DNA of 64,000 bases from Nitrospirales bacterium (GTDB lineage: Bacteria; Nitrospirota; Nitrospiria; Nitrospirales; UBA8639): NCBI GenBank assembly GCA_965203295.1, contig CBDBCZ010000019.1, forward strand, positions 1,184,001 to 1,248,000. Reading direction: 5' to 3'. The notes under the pieces were generated by a model. That model was not told where the DNA came from, made no database searches, and saw only the letters and a program-made list of their open reading frames with translations. Shown here in pieces: positions 61,432-64,000 of the stretch (its first letter is position 1; each line of letters begins with the position of its first letter). The translations under genes were made by a program, and so were the position numbers.

Positions 61432-64000
61432 GGCATTCGCTCCAAAATAGCAAAAGGTAAGTCTTGAAAGAGTTCACTGGCTGAAACAGTGCATTGTTTC
61501 TCGGTCTTGTTGGGAGACACCGTGTTTCCAGTAAGTATATCACGATAGTGGGCTTCCGCATCGTTAGCAAGCAGAGTGAAACCCATTTCTCCCCATAGTT
61601 GACCGGCTGATGCGAAAGAAGAAGGACTCTGGATGAGTCGGCTGAGAAAACGTGGAACCATGACCATAAGAGATTGTCTACCATGCTTTCGTTGAAACCC
61701 ACAGATATGATCGCTTTTTTCGCCAGATGGATCAAGAGGGATATATTCCCCGTAAGAAAACAGCTCAGGGTGTGCTTTGCGATACTGAAGCAGCGTCGTG
61801 GTGACATACATTTTTATTCGCCCATCTTGCCAAGATCGGAGAAGATCTTGCACGACTGTCGATCTTTCACTGGAACTGATGGATTGGATGTCTTTCAGGA
61901 GTTGCATCCGTGATGCGAAATCCACGGGGCGACGGTTATCTGGGTCAACTAATGAGAAATCCCATAATTCCATCCCTTGGTAGAAGTCAGGCACTCCTGG
62001 AGTGGTTATTTTTAAGATAACCTGAGCAAGCGAATTATACATGCCGTAATAGGCAATCTTTCTTTGAAATGGAACAAAATCATTTAAGAACACATTATCT
62101 GAATGTGGATCAATGACATGTTCGATGAATTCATGGACGGCTTGTTCGTAGGGTTCGTGGGGATTGATCCAGCTCGTATGAACTTTCGCTTCCTTTAACG
62201 CCTTATTCATATAGACTTGAATGCGTTGTCTAAAGTCGGAATAGGATTGGTCGTTAAGCGTTTCCAAGGGCCAAGCACCCACTAACGTTTGATAAAACAG
62301 ATATTCCTCATTTCGGTCAGGGACCGGTTGGTCATCGATCGTCACTTTTTTCTTTTTGTTGAGTTTATGCCATTTCGCGATATGCTTCTTCCACTCCTGC
62401 AGGAGTTCTGACAGGACATTGATCCGTGCGCGAACATCTTCACTCCGCTTTGTGTCATGGGTCGACGTTGTCGAAAGACCGAAGGGCCAGCGTTCTTGGC
62501 GCTCTCTCATTCGCTCGTGGAATGCGGAAAGCGTGATGCCAAATTGTGATGGTTCACCGCCCACCTCGTTGAGGGAGGTGAGTCGGTTATAAATATAGAA
62601 TACCGTATCCTCAACCCCTTTGGCCGTCACAGGACTTGTGGTCTGCTGGAACTTCATCACGAAGGGGTGGACCTCAGGCCAACTAAGTGTGGCAGTGCTG
62701 TCAAGGCCTTTGAGGAGGAGATCACGGACAAAGTCAAACACGAGGATGTTGGTTGCTGGATTTTTCCGCTTCGCTTTCGTGGTAGCCAAACGGATATATG
62801 CCCGGTCACGGTCAGTGACTTCCTCTTTCGGGTTAGGAGTCACATAGGTGCGGTAGACGGGAAAGCAGGCAATGATTTCACGAATGGCATGAATAAGATT
62901 GTTCAGTGTGAAATCTCGGGCCCGACGATTTCTTTCTGATAAGATGTTGAGTACATGCGCCAACGCATTGATTTCGCTTGACATTGAGCTACTCATGATC
63001 AACTTTTTGCACTCGTAAACAAGATCATCCAGGGAAATAGGATTTTTAGAAAATCGAGTATAAATATCCTGAAAGACGCGCTTCTGGTGGGGGTCGATAA
63101 AGAGGTTGTTCACCAAAGAAAGCCATTCATACCCGCTGGTGCCGTGAACCGGCCAATCTTCACTCAAGGTTTCACCTTTGCCAAGGATTTTTTCGACGAT
63201 GAGGAAGAGCGAACGACCATGGAGATCTTGTGAATGCCCCAGCTCCTTTTGTGCCCATGCTTGCCATTGAATGAGGTAGGTTCGCGGGTCGAACAGCCCA
63301 TCGACATGATCAATACGAAGGCCCGTCACAGCCCCCTTTTTAAGAAGGTCAAACACTTTTTGGTGAATTTCCGTAAAAACAGAGGGATGCTCCATTCGGA
63401 TAGCAGCTAGGGCATTGATATCGAAGAAGCGTCGATAATTGATTTCCTCTGATGCGACACGCCAGTAGGCTAAACGATAGGCTTGGTCGCTTAACAGGGT
63501 ATCGAGAAGGTCGAAGCTATGGGGAACGCCCTTCGACCCATTAAAGAACGTAAGATTCTCTTCCAAAAAATTTAAGACAACAGGGCTCTCTTGAGTCAAA
63601 GTGGCAAGGCGACGTTTAATGACATCTTTTTCACGGTAGCGCTCTTCAATACGATAAGGATCCCTTTCGTTCCTCAAGGGCAAATTTACTAAGCCGGTTG
63701 TAATGCTTTGCAATTCTTGAATGTGTGGGGCATCCTCTCCTTCCTGTTCAATGAGTTCGTCAAGGCGGTAGCTCAGAACACGTGTGCAGGAGGCAGGATC
63801 AAGTGGGAGTTGATGTTCATAATATTGGAGCAAGAATTTTCCTTCCTGATAACGCACCGCAATTTCCTGATTCTCCAACACAATGCCGTACTGGTCACCA
63901 AGGATCGGTAATAAAACTTTGTTTTCTAACTCCTGTTTTACGGGATGCCAATCTATGTCAAAAAAATTTGAATAATGGGAGCATGGACCATTCTCCAAGA
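61428..64000 (-). CDS. treY: Malto-oligosyltrehalose synthase (3' part; starts beyond window end)
   Basis: [75 protein letters not shown]. Confidence 0.95.
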   Translation of the reverse strand, partial: LENGPCSHYSNFFDIDWHPVKQELENKVLLPILGDQYGIVLENQEIAVRYQEGKFLLQYYEHQLPLDPASCTRVLSYRLDELIEQEGEDAPHIQELQSITTGLVNLPLRNERDPYRIEERYREKDVIKRRLATLTQESPVVLNFLEENLTFFNGSKGVPHSFDLLDTLLSDQAYRLAYWRVASEEINYRRFFDINALAAIRMEHPSVFTEIHQKVFDLLKKGAVTGLRIDHVDGLFDPRTYLIQWQAWAQKELGHSQDLHGRSLFLIVEKILGKGETLSEDWPVHGTSGYEWLSLVNNLFIDPHQKRVFQDIYTRFSKNPISLDDLVYECKKLIMSSSMSSEINALAHVLNILSERNRRARDFTLNNLIHAIREIIACFPVYRTYVTPNPKEEVTDRDRAYIRLATTKAKRKNPATNILVFDFVRDLLLKGLDSTATLSWPEVHPFVMKFQQTTSPVTAKGVEDTVFYIYNRLTSLNEVGGEPSQFGITLSAFHERMRERQERWPFGLSTTSTHDTKRSEDVRARINVLSELLQEWKKHIAKWHKLNKKKKVTIDDQPVPDRNEEYLFYQTLVGAWPLETLNDQSYSDFRQRIQVYMNKALKEAKVHTSWINPHEPYEQAVHEFIEHVIDPHSDNVFLNDFVPFQRKIAYYGMYNSLAQVILKITTPGVPDFYQGMELWDFSLVDPDNRRPVDFASRMQLLKDIQSISSSERSTVVQDLLRSWQDGRIKMYVTTTLLQYRKAHPELFSYGEYIPLDPSGEKSDHICGFQRKHGRQSLMVMVPRFLSRLIQSPSSFASAGQLWGEMGFTLLANDAEAHYRDILTGNTVSPNKTEKQCTVSASELFQDLPFAILERMP

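Overview
Bacterial chromosome segment, most likely from the Nitrospirales (inferred from gene content and order: nirK with a Crp/Fnr regulator, the lipid A operon layout, a GldAFG/DUF4340 transporter). Positions 1-1905 hold the 5' part of lon. About 2.6-45 kb is a large envelope/LPS supercluster. It starts with bamA-skp-fabZ-lpxA-lpxI-gnnA-like-lpxB-msbA-DUF374-waaA-lpxK-waaF-gmhB and continues with two tandem LtaS/sulfatase-fold transferases and many GT2/GT4/GT9 glycosyltransferases. It also contains an AT-rich decayed cassette (sulfatase, YIDP small protein, NoeA-like methyltransferase) bracketed by a 53-bp imperfect direct repeat, decayed rfbB/rfbA, tRNA-Ser(GCT), a broken pentapeptide-repeat gene and a 2OG-Fe(II) oxygenase. 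From 45 to 64 kb come a DsbA-like protein, a cupin, nirK with an FNR-type box, a frameshifted Crp/Fnr regulator, an animal-like transketolase, a GldAFG-type ABC system, a Pal/OmpA lipoprotein with a very long linker, and a compatible-solute cluster (Ggs-like, GpgS-like, treY partial). The most notable signals are (1) a -1 frame switch at an A9 / A_AAA_AAG site in the DUF374 acyltransferase of an otherwise intact operon, (2) the repeat-bounded three-gene cassette, and (3) a well-positioned FNR-type nirK promoter whose adjacent regulator is broken in its recognition helix. No CRISPR array, transposase or integrase was seen. All calls come from motif reading without database searches.
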